A stretch of DNA of 32,000 bases from positions 4,050,001-4,082,000 of the forward strand of contig CP104013.1 of assembly GCA_025839675.1 (NCBI GenBank), in the 5' to 3' direction. The notes beneath the pieces were generated by a model. The model saw nothing but the letters and a program-made list of their open reading frames with translations, had not been told where the DNA came from and ran no database searches. Positions 7,865 to 15,728 of this stretch are shown here, piece by piece; position 1 is the first letter of the stretch; every line of letters starts with the position of its first letter. The DNA comes from Candidatus Lokiarchaeum ossiferum. GTDB taxonomy: Archaea; Asgardarchaeota; Lokiarchaeia; Sigyniarchaeales; Promethearchaeaceae. The position numbers and the translations under genes are program-made.

Positions 7865-10792
7865 ATGATAAATATGGTCGAAATTAAAGCTAATAAAAAA
7901 TCAAATGCATATTATTTCCGAAAGCGAATTATTCGGGAATTTTTCCTAGCGCCTTTCCATTCTATCGTTAGGAATAAACGTAGATCTATGGCGATGCTTT
8001 CTGGAATTGTGCTAGCAGTTACACTTCTTTCGGGAATTCTCCTGTATAATGATGAACTAAAACAAAATAATTATAAAACCATAGTCCAAGATTTTCCCTA
8101 TGATGCTCGGTTTGATATTATGGGAAATGAAACACTGGATAACATGAAAGATCTCGAATCCTTTATTTTAAACGATTCGCGCACTTTAGATACTGCACTA
8201 TTTGCATCTAGTCGTAGTAATATGGGTAATAATTGGTTGGCAACTTATGTGACTCCGAAATATACAAATAACTCAGAAATAGATTATGTTTATTACTATC
8301 GGTCAACATTTGTTTCCCAAGATATTTTTACAGGTCCAATTGGCCAAAGTTTTATGCAGATGAACTTCAAGGGTGAAGCGAATCTTACTGGTAGATCTGT
8401 GATTCTTCCAGAATCATTTTTAGAATCATTAGATTTAACTATTGGGGATTCCATAGATATGCTCAATTTTTCTCAAACCATCTATTCTCCTAGTGGAGAT
8501 CCTAATGAGAATCATGGTTTTTTAACCAATTTGACAATTCGTGGAACATATGATCCCTTTGAGCAACAAAGTGATGAAATGAATTCAATTCATAATCCTT
8601 TTCACAGTGATCGAATTTATCTTTCGTTAGAATTATTGAACAATGCTACCATGGTCGATGTTCATCATGGATTTACCTATACAGGCAATTTTTACTTAGC
8701 ATTAAAAATCGATGTTTCGCAATTTAACGTCAAAGAACCGATCAAGTTCAATAAAGAACTAAATCTTTTTATAAACCAACTTACGCGTGATTATTCAGCA
8801 GATTTACAGGGATATAATGAAATAGAACAACCTTTGTTGAGATTTCAATCTCAAAGCATTTTTATTACTTTTTTGTACATCGTTCTAGCAATTCCGGTGG
8901 TTTTACTCTCTCTTTATCTATTGAATTTTGGGTTGGAAATGGCTTTAGAAGAACGTAGGAGAGCTATTGCCATAAAGAAGGTTCAAGGGGCTAATTCGAA
9001 GCAAATATTTTCGGAGCTGCGAGATGAAACACTATTTCTGTTGATTGGAGGTTCAGTACTCGGCTATTGTTTAGGTATTATTGCAGCTTGGGCAATTAGT
9101 AGTGCTTCTGGGTTTATGCAAACCGATTTCCAGTCAAATTTAAGTCTATGGGAATATTTCTCATTTGATTTATGGGCTTTTATTATTCCTTTTATCGTGG
9201 TTAGTGTTCTTTTAATCATAGTTACCTATAAAAAAGGGAAGAAATTCATTGAACAAGAAGTTACCCAAGGTGTTGCAAAACGTGAACTCAAAAAAGAGCG
9301 CATTTTCAAACGATATAAACTCGATATAATATGCTTTATGCTTAGTTTGTCAGGTATTGCCTTAGTTATGATTAAAATGCTTAAAATTCCGATTCCGATT
9401 TCTCAAGCAACCGAAATCGCCATTTTTGTGATCTCTCCTTTTATGTTTTGGATCGGGGGTAGTTCCGTTGGATCAAGGATTGTTAAAAAAATCCCCCTTA
9501 AAATGGAAAAATCGCTATTAGCTATTCCTGTGTTTCATGATGTAAAGCAAATCATCAAATCTGGATTAAAACGTAGGGGGGATATTGAACGATTGGCTGT
9601 AATTATTATTCTGACTTTATCGATTGCCTCCCTTGCTACTATTCAAGGAAATACTGAAGAAACTCAAGCGGAGCGTTCACTTGAATGGCAAATTGGGGCA
9701 GATTGGCAAATAAATTTTGCAGAAGAAAACAACTATCATGATGCCATTGCCAACATTTCTGGACTCGATGATTCTATTGCTCTCAATTCAATGAATATTC
9801 GTTCTTTAAGTTCTTGGATTTCTGTTATAGCTATGGAAAATGAACAGGAATTGCTTAACTTGAAACAAAACTCTCCAGTATTATTTTGGCAAAATGACAA
9901 TTTTGACGCTTTTACAGCCGAGGGTGCTCTCCAAGCACTAGAAGATAATCCAGAAGGTATTTTTCTTACTGCTGATCATCTCTATATGCTGGATGCAAAA
10001 GTTGGAGATTTGATTGAAATTCGGATCTACGTGAGTAATTCCTCACAAGGAGAAGTAAAAACTATGGAAAATATTAAAATTTTAGGAACCGTCAACCAGC
10101 TTCCAGGTGGAATTCAATCGTATGGTTTAATATCACGACATCTTTTTTTAAAATTTCAGGCATTATCTAACGGCTTGGAGGAAGAGGCTATGATCGGATC
10201 TCAATTTAATGCAACTCGGTATTATGTTCATTCATCTTATAGTTCCAATATTTCTGCTGGGGAAATTGAAGATATTAAAAATGCTTTAGAAAGTGATTCA
10301 AGGGTCTCAAATTATCTATCCTATTACGAACAATATGCTGCAATCGATACTACTGAACAAGGCTATGGTATTTCGGGTTTACTTTCTTTAAATTTTGTGA
10401 TAAGCTTAGTTGCAGTGTTTATCAGTGCTTTTTCCTTTTCAGCTATTTTGATGGAAAGACGGAAGCATGAATTTGCAATTCTTCGTGCCATTGGAGCTAA
10501 AAAAGGGCAAATATATAAGATGGTTATCGGAGAAAATTCGTTAATGATGTTAACGGCTTCAATATGGGGGATTTTCATTGGAGTCGGAATTAGTTACCTC
10601 TTCAACAACGTGTTCATATTTATCAATATGATGCTCCAGAATAGTAATTCTGTGTATCGAAGTGTAGTGCTTCCTGGTGTGGAATTACTCATCATTAGTT
10701 GTATAACCTTTTTTGGAATGATGGCGGCATCCGTTTTATCTGTACGATCTGCAGCAAATCAAGATTTAAGCTTGGCAACAAAGGTGGTTTAA
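7865..10792 (+). CDS. ABC transporter permease with two FtsX-type modules and large extracytoplasmic domains
   Basis: Two FtsX-like cores (KKVQGANSKQIFSELRDETLFLL... and LRAIGAKKGQIYKMVIGENSLMML...). Each is preceded by a TM helix plus a long soluble domain. Starts 11 nt after ATPase 1. Confidence 0.88.
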   Translation: MINMVEIKANKKSNAYYFRKRIIREFFLAPFHSIVRNKRRSMAMLSGIVLAVTLLSGILLYNDELKQNNYKTIVQDFPYDARFDIMGNETLDNMKDLESFILNDSRTLDTALFASSRSNMGNNWLATYVTPKYTNNSEIDYVYYYRSTFVSQDIFTGPIGQSFMQMNFKGEANLTGRSVILPESFLESLDLTIGDSIDMLNFSQTIYSPSGDPNENHGFLTNLTIRGTYDPFEQQSDEMNSIHNPFHSDRIYLSLELLNNATMVDVHHGFTYTGNFYLALKIDVSQFNVKEPIKFNKELNLFINQLTRDYSADLQGYNEIEQPLLRFQSQSIFITFLYIVLAIPVVLLSLYLLNFGLEMALEERRRAIAIKKVQGANSKQIFSELRDETLFLLIGGSVLGYCLGIIAAWAISSASGFMQTDFQSNLSLWEYFSFDLWAFIIPFIVVSVLLIIVTYKKGKKFIEQEVTQGVAKRELKKERIFKRYKLDIICFMLSLSGIALVMIKMLKIPIPISQATEIAIFVISPFMFWIGGSSVGSRIVKKIPLKMEKSLLAIPVFHDVKQIIKSGLKRRGDIERLAVIIILTLSIASLATIQGNTEETQAERSLEWQIGADWQINFAEENNYHDAIANISGLDDSIALNSMNIRSLSSWISVIAMENEQELLNLKQNSPVLFWQNDNFDAFTAEGALQALEDNPEGIFLTADHLYMLDAKVGDLIEIRIYVSNSSQGEVKTMENIKILGTVNQLPGGIQSYGLISRHLFLKFQALSNGLEEEAMIGSQFNATRYYVHSSYSSNISAGEIEDIKNALESDSRVSNYLSYYEQYAAIDTTEQGYGISGLLSLNFVISLVAVFISAFSFSAILMERRKHEFAILRAIGAKKGQIYKMVIGENSLMMLTASIWGIFIGVGISYLFNNVFIFINMMLQNSNSVYRSVVLPGVELLIISCITFFGMMAASVLSVRSAANQDLSLATKVV

Positions 10793-10794
10793 GA

Positions 10795-11751
10795 ATGCAA
10801 GAAGAACAACTCATACTTAGCGCGAATAACGTGTATTCCATCTATGATGGATTGGAAGGTGCTGCAAATGTTGTAGCTTTACGTGGTTTAAATTTACACG
10901 TAGAAAAGGGTGAATTTATAGCGATTGTGGGAACCTCAGGTGCTGGAAAATCTACTCTTCTCCGCACTCTCGGTGGTTTGCAGAAACCCAGTGCTGGTTC
11001 TATTCGCTATTATGATCAAGAAATATCTCGGATGGCTGAATCAGATTTAGTTCCCTTACGTCGTCAGACTATTGGTTTTATTTTTCAAGAAGGAAATTTA
11101 TTAGCGGAATTTTCTGCCTTTGAAAATGTTGTAAAAACACTCCGATATGCAGGGGTTAAATATTCAGAAGCGATAGAACGGGCTGAAGCTATTTTACGTA
11201 AACTTGATCTTGGTTCACGTATGCATGATTTACCGCATCGGTTGAGTGGGGGTGAGCAACAAAGAGTGGCTATTGCACGTGCTTTAGCTAATAAACCGGC
11301 ATTAATATTAGCTGATGAACCCACAGGAAACTTAGATTCTCAAAATACAGATCATGTAATGAAAATTTTTAAGGAACTTCATAATAAGTCCGATACTGCC
11401 TTCTTGATTGTAACTCATAGTCAGCATGTCGCTTCTTATGCCGATCGAAGTATAGAATTGAGTGATGGGACTATCATCGGACAGCATGGTCTAGGGAGTG
11501 ATCTCTATGCATTAGAAGCTTCGCGTTCGATCTCTGTGTCACCAAACGGAACTTTAACTCTTCCTCCCGAAATGTTGGGTGTTTTAGATACCTATGGTCT
11601 TCAATGGAATTTTAAATTTGACCTAAATGGACATGGTGCACGAATTATCGGATCTCCTTCCATTCAAAATCTAAAATTATGTCCCGTGTGTAAAGTGAAA
11701 TTGAATGGTGAAAAATTCCATTGCAAATCATGTGGAGCGAAAATTAATTAA
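10795..11751 (+). CDS. Second ABC ATP-binding protein with C-terminal AbrB-like segment and zinc ribbon
   Basis: Walker [42 protein letters not shown]. The tail reads [17 protein letters not shown] ... [19 protein letters not shown]. The ATG at 10795 lies 2 nt after the permease stop, and I prefer it to the listed overlapping start at 10699. Confidence 0.88.
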   Translation: MQEEQLILSANNVYSIYDGLEGAANVVALRGLNLHVEKGEFIAIVGTSGAGKSTLLRTLGGLQKPSAGSIRYYDQEISRMAESDLVPLRRQTIGFIFQEGNLLAEFSAFENVVKTLRYAGVKYSEAIERAEAILRKLDLGSRMHDLPHRLSGGEQQRVAIARALANKPALILADEPTGNLDSQNTDHVMKIFKELHNKSDTAFLIVTHSQHVASYADRSIELSDGTIIGQHGLGSDLYALEASRSISVSPNGTLTLPPEMLGVLDTYGLQWNFKFDLNGHGARIIGSPSIQNLKLCPVCKVKLNGEKFHCKSCGAKIN

Positions 11752-11812
11752 TAGGGATTTGTAATAGATCTTTAAATGTTATAGAAATGGTGGTTCAATA
11801 CGGATAGCTGAG

Positions 11813-11819
11813 TTTTTTT
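11813..11819 (+). terminator. Oligo-T tract (T7) after the ABC operon
   Basis: gagTTTTTTTac lies about 60 nt after the stop at 11751, followed by a second T5 run. Confidence 0.35.
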
Positions 11820-11974
11820 ACTTTTTCTAATATTAGAGAAAACTGGAAAAATTACAATAATAATTTGCATTGAACTGATATCATTTCCTCTTGTTTTTTA
11901 TTTTTTGGACTTATATGGATGGGAAAAATTCTGGCATAAAAATTTAAATCGCTATACAGCAAAGTTAGTTTATC

Positions 11975-12721
11975 ATGGCATTTTCAACAGTTATCTTACA
12001 AGTGTACCTTATCTATGGGCTTATATTTATCTTATTTACAATTCTCGGTTTTAAAATTCTAAGTAGGAAGCGAACTCGGATATCTATTACCCTATCCTTA
12101 ACTTTCCTTGTTCCCGCAGTGGGAATTTTAATTAACATCATTTATCGAACTGTTGACAATTATGCCTTTAATCTCATCGGAAATAAGTTAACCATTATAT
12201 TTTCCTGTCTGGGGTTAGTAAATGTCTATTCTTTTATAAAAATGATTGAAAAATCAAAAGAAAGCTTCTATTTGAAGAAGCAAGTGTTAATTTCCCTTGT
12301 TTATTTTGTATTACTTTTAGTATTACTTTTAATACCTGAGGGTGTTGACTTTGAATACGGTGGTGTAGCAGGAATCAGTGGATATAATTCTCGTTCTTTA
12401 GATCCTCTAGATCTTGGGGTCCCTGTATGGTCGAATTCATTCTTTGTATATGGAATCATAGTTTCTCAATTGATGACTGGATTAATCATTTATCTTGGGG
12501 TTAAACAATACAATGAAATGGGTAAAATGGGTGTGTTTGGCAAGAAATATATTCAGACACTGATTGGAATAATCCTAATGGATTTAGTTATCATTGGGAG
12601 TTTCCTTTTCAATTGGTTAAATTCTGATATTGGGAGAACAATCCATTTAATAATAAGTCTTTGTATTGTTCCTTCTGCTATCTTTCTATATTTAGGATTG
12701 AAGCAAGAGAAAAAAAAATGA
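11975..12721 (+). CDS. 7-TM membrane protein, hypothetical
   Basis: Seven hydrophobic segments with short basic loops. Local similarity to the split 7-TM gene at 6038..6690. Confidence 0.6.
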   Translation: MAFSTVILQVYLIYGLIFILFTILGFKILSRKRTRISITLSLTFLVPAVGILINIIYRTVDNYAFNLIGNKLTIIFSCLGLVNVYSFIKMIEKSKESFYLKKQVLISLVYFVLLLVLLLIPEGVDFEYGGVAGISGYNSRSLDPLDLGVPVWSNSFFVYGIIVSQLMTGLIIYLGVKQYNEMGKMGVFGKKYIQTLIGIILMDLVIIGSFLFNWLNSDIGRTIHLIISLCIVPSAIFLYLGLKQEKKK

Positions 12722-12728
12722 GATTAGA

Positions 12729-12884
12729 TTAACGGGCTAATTTCTCTTTTTTACGAATGAAGGTTTTATAACCTTTCATTGCAAGCATAATAGCTACCAT
12801 CATCACCATGATACAAATATTGATGAAGCTCTCTTGCGATATACTTCCAAAAATTATAATTTCTGACCAATTACCAAATCCCAT
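12729..12884 (-). CDS. Possible small single-TM protein (51 aa), unlisted
   Basis: MGFGNWSEIIIFGSISQESFINICIMVMMVAIMLAMKGYKTFIRKKEKLAR. It is in the same frame as ORF 12909..13727, 8 codons after that ORF's TGA. It is short, so weakly supported. Confidence 0.25.
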   Translation of the reverse strand: MGFGNWSEIIIFGSISQESFINICIMVMMVAIMLAMKGYKTFIRKKEKLAR

Positions 12885-12908
12885 GCTTTTTAGTGTGTTT
12901 TGAAATGT

Positions 12909-13727
12909 TCAGAGAACATTTTCATATTGTTTATACAAGCAATAGACAAGAAACGCTGAGAATGCATCTTCACTGCAATAAAGAAGAACGTCTTGCGGTT
13001 TTTTGCAAGTTAAACATATTCGTTGGGGTGAATCTTGAAAATGGTTTAATAAACTATGATTCATGGCTTGAAAGTACATTTTCCAATGCCACTGTTTATG
13101 CTTAAAAAATGGACACGCATGTCGTGTATATCCAATGAAATTCTCAAAATCTATCAAATTTTGAATTTCTGGGGGTAAAATTTTTCCATCTCGTAATAAT
13201 CGGAGGAAAAATTCTGTGTTTACCACATCACCCTTTTGATCTTCAAATAAATAGGATTCCTTCTTATTTTCTCCGTGATATCCCACTGTTGAAAAGTTTT
13301 TTTGAGCCAGAAATTTCTTGAATTGGGAGATAATCTGTCGATCTCCTTCCTTTTTATAGATCAGATTGTCCAAAATGAACGGTACCACGTGAAATTCACT
13401 TTTTTGATTCAATGTTATGGCACTTATACATACCAAATTTTCGTGATATTCCTCACTATCTATGATACACACGTTCTTTAGAGATTTGATATAAGCTTGA
13501 TCGAATAATGGGGGGAGCTTTGTTATAAAGGAAGTGAAAAAATTTTCGTATTGTACTATTTTTCCGGCCAAAATGGTCTTATCAACACGTAAACGTCTAT
13601 GATTTTTCTTATTTTGATATAATTCATCGTCTAGTTGTTTAAGAATGGTTCGCTCTTCGGCAATATTTTTTGGAATGGCGGTTTTTTTCGTTCCTTCCTT
13701 AGGAGACATATAATCTTTCTCATCCAT
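12909..13727 (-). CDS. Hypothetical protein with RNase H-like (YprB/PolB-exonuclease-type) domain; paralogue of the ORF ending at 1553
   Basis: IIDSEEY (D-x-E), GYHGENKKESYLF, LIDFENFIGYTRHACPFFKHK, CLTCKKPQDVLLYCSEDAFSAFLVY (Y-x3-D). These align block for block with the first ORF. Confidence 0.6.
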   Translation of the reverse strand: MDEKDYMSPKEGTKKTAIPKNIAEERTILKQLDDELYQNKKNHRRLRVDKTILAGKIVQYENFFTSFITKLPPLFDQAYIKSLKNVCIIDSEEYHENLVCISAITLNQKSEFHVVPFILDNLIYKKEGDRQIISQFKKFLAQKNFSTVGYHGENKKESYLFEDQKGDVVNTEFFLRLLRDGKILPPEIQNLIDFENFIGYTRHACPFFKHKQWHWKMYFQAMNHSLLNHFQDSPQRICLTCKKPQDVLLYCSEDAFSAFLVYCLYKQYENVL

Positions 13728-13823
13728 GCAACCTTTTGAATTTTTCGATCTAAGGATGGATCGTAAAAAATAAAGAAAAAACGCTTCTTGAAGGTTAATT
13801 CGAAAGATACTACGAAAATCAGA

Positions 13824-14342
13824 TTATTGATCTAATTTTCTCGCTTGATTCTTCCGAAAATTGATGTAAACAATGATCCCAATAATTAATACTCCGATAT
13901 CTGTAATTAAAGCACCTGCCCAGGTGGAGTACAGACCTAATCCGTAGTTTGGAGTATTTGTAAAGAAAAATGGAACACCTTCGGCATTGGAAAGCCATAC
14001 ACTTAGGGGCCATCCAATGAAGTCTAAAATCCAATGGCCAAATACTAATAATCCTATCATCATACTTGAATGAAAAGCGTTTAACTTCATAATTTCATTC
14101 TCATCAACTCCATGTTTTCTTTTGCTCGATTGCATGAACTTGACTGTAGTAAAAGAGATGAGACTTGCCAATATTGTCCATATTAGTGCCATTAAAAGAC
14201 CGTGGCTGGCCCACGTTGCGGTTGGGAAGAACAGAGAAATTATATCAATTAGCATTGAGCTTATTAGCAAGATCCAGATTGAAATTTTGGGAGCAAAACG
14301 TTTTGCGGCAAAACCAGTTCCAAAATGTGCTAGAAAAGGCAT
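13824..14342 (-). CDS. YdjM/DUF457-like membrane-bound putative metal-dependent hydrolase
   Basis: MPFLAHFGTGF..., LIDIISLFF, SHGLLMALIW and GHWILDFIG give a His/Asp pattern within 4-5 TM helices. The listed ORF extends to 14441, but family-like sequence starts at the ATG at 14342. Confidence 0.5.
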   Translation of the reverse strand: MPFLAHFGTGFAAKRFAPKISIWILLISSMLIDIISLFFPTATWASHGLLMALIWTILASLISFTTVKFMQSSKRKHGVDENEIMKLNAFHSSMMIGLLVFGHWILDFIGWPLSVWLSNAEGVPFFFTNTPNYGLGLYSTWAGALITDIGVLIIGIIVYINFRKNQARKLDQ

Positions 14343-14461
14343 AAGAAATACTTGAACTATGCATTTATAAAATTTCATTATTTGTTTTAATTTCATAAAG
14401 TAAAATGAATAACTTGTGGATGTATTCATCATTTGATACAAAAAAAAAAAAGGTTTCTAAA

Positions 14462-14812
14462 CTAATCTAATTTCTCTCGTTTTACTCTTTTTTGCAATAT
14501 TATTGCGACACATGTCATAATGGTGATTATACCAACCAAGAATCCTGTATAACCAGGAATAGTATTGAAATAATCGTCTGTTGATTGTTTCCCAACTGGT
14601 ACTTGAGGTGAAGTATTACTGTTGGATATAATAGAAACACGAACCATCTCATAATTTGAAAATTCAGATTTTCCAATATTATTTACTGCTTTAATCGCAT
14701 ACTAATAATCGCCATTGGATAATCTAGAATCAATGAACTGGGTATTATCTTCCAGAATTGTTGCAATCAAAATATTGGAAAAGGTGAGAAAAAAAATTGA
14801 TTTGAAAGGTTT
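14462..14812 (-). pseudogene. Relic 3' part of a surface protein: FN3-like strands, in-frame TAG, Ser/Thr linker, PGF-CTERM-like TM anchor
   Basis: My reading of the frame: ...IATILEDNTQFIDSRLSNGDY*YAIKAVNNIGKSEFSNYEMVRVSIISNSNTSPQVPVGKQSTDDYFNTIPGYTGFLVGIITIMTCVAIILQKRVKREKLD. The TAG is at 14702..14704. There is no start codon or N-terminal half, and the frame runs straight into the histone stop at 14815. The listed 61-aa ORF is just the tail. Confidence 0.5.
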
Positions 14813-14814
14813 TT

Positions 14815-15033
14815 TTAGAAATTTTCGATTGCCAATTCAATGTCGCCTTTGGAGATCTTCTTACGTTTGCTGTGTTTGGCAAATACTAAAGCAGATGCAG
14901 TAAGCTTTTTGGATCGGTCTTCTAAGTAGTTTAATAAGAGTTCCACAGCGTCTCGACTCACGATTTCAGCGCCTGCGCTTTTCATGAGACTTCGGAGTGG
15001 GCTCCATGCAAAAATTCTTCGTTTTTTGGCCAT
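14815..15033 (-). CDS. Archaeal histone (HMf family), copy 1
   Basis: 72 aa. FAWSPLRSLMKSAGAEIVSRDAVELLLNYLEDRSKKLTASALVFAKHSKRKKISKGDIELAIENF aligns along its whole length with HMfB-type histones. N-terminal MAKKRR extension. Confidence 0.9.
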   Translation of the reverse strand: MAKKRRIFAWSPLRSLMKSAGAEIVSRDAVELLLNYLEDRSKKLTASALVFAKHSKRKKISKGDIELAIENF

Positions 15034-15109
15034 ATTGTTTCAATCCAGAGTTTTTTTTATTGTAGTAAAGAAAAAAAGATGTTTTTGATATTTATAATCG
15101 ATTAGTCGT

Positions 15110-15328
15110 TTATAAATAGTCAATTGCTAATTGCATATCCCCTTGGGAAATCTTCTTGCGTTTAGCGTGTTTGGCGAATTTTTGAGCCATAATGGTCAAT
15201 TTTTTAGATCGGTCTTCTAAATAGTATAATAAAGCTTCAACTGCTTCTCGGCTTACAATCTCGGCTCCAGCTTTTTTCATTAAAGCTCGAAGTGGAGACC
15301 ATGCAAATGTTCGTTTTCTTTTAGCCAT
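15110..15328 (-). CDS. Archaeal histone (HMf family), copy 2
   Basis: 53/72 residues identical to copy 1 by hand alignment. I prefer the ATG at 15328 (MAKRKR...), which gives 72 aa like copy 1. The listed start at 15337 adds MKK. Confidence 0.9.
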   Translation of the reverse strand: MAKRKRTFAWSPLRALMKKAGAEIVSREAVEALLYYLEDRSKKLTIMAQKFAKHAKRKKISQGDMQLAIDYL

Positions 15329-15345
15329 TTTTTTCATACTCCGCG

Positions 15346-15357
15346 TATAAATAAATA
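15346..15357 (-). promoter_or_regulatory. TATA-like box upstream of histone copy 2
   Basis: The minus strand reads tatttatttata, ending 18 nt before the ATG at 15328 (8 nt before the ATG at 15337). The spacing fits a leaderless or near-leaderless transcript. Confidence 0.35.
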
Positions 15358-15728
15358 GGTAGCTGCCCTCAACTAGAGACTTATTGTAGACAATAAATTC
15401 CCAAATGAGTTCAAACTAATTATAATATAGTGTTTTGTCTATTTAAAACTTATGCAGATTTTGGGTGAAAATTGTATCCGAATGGGATGGATCGGTGATT
15501 CTATCGACAAAAATCAGACTTCCTAAAGTGGAAAATGATCCCGTTTCCATGTCCCTTAGGAAGAAAATGCGGTGAAATTTGCAAGATCGATTTGGGAAAA
15601 ATAGAATATCACTTCTAAATCTTGCTAAATCTAATATTCTATGTAATTAGGAATATTTAAAATTAGTAATTTCTTCTTCCATAGAAATTGGTGTCTTAAA
15701 TGAATTCTTCTCTTATAGATCCAGATTT

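Noticed and set aside
10699-10794. Long N-terminal extension of the second ABC ATPase overlapping the permease
   Set aside because: The extension lies entirely within the permease 3' end in another frame and adds no ABC-like sequence. The ATG at 10795, 2 nt after the permease stop, gives a normal NBD N-terminus.
14462-14647. The 61-aa ORF as an independent small membrane protein gene
   Set aside because: Its frame continues upstream through FN3-like sequence. Its ATG therefore appears to be an internal Met of a degraded larger gene.
14702-14704. In-frame TAG inside the FN3-like relic as a pyrrolysine or recoded codon
   Set aside because: This is a single instance in a fragment that also lacks its whole 5' half. 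TAG clearly acts as a stop elsewhere in the window, for example at 1551..1553 and 26158..26160. No pyl genes are visible. A nonsense mutation in a decaying gene is the simpler reading.
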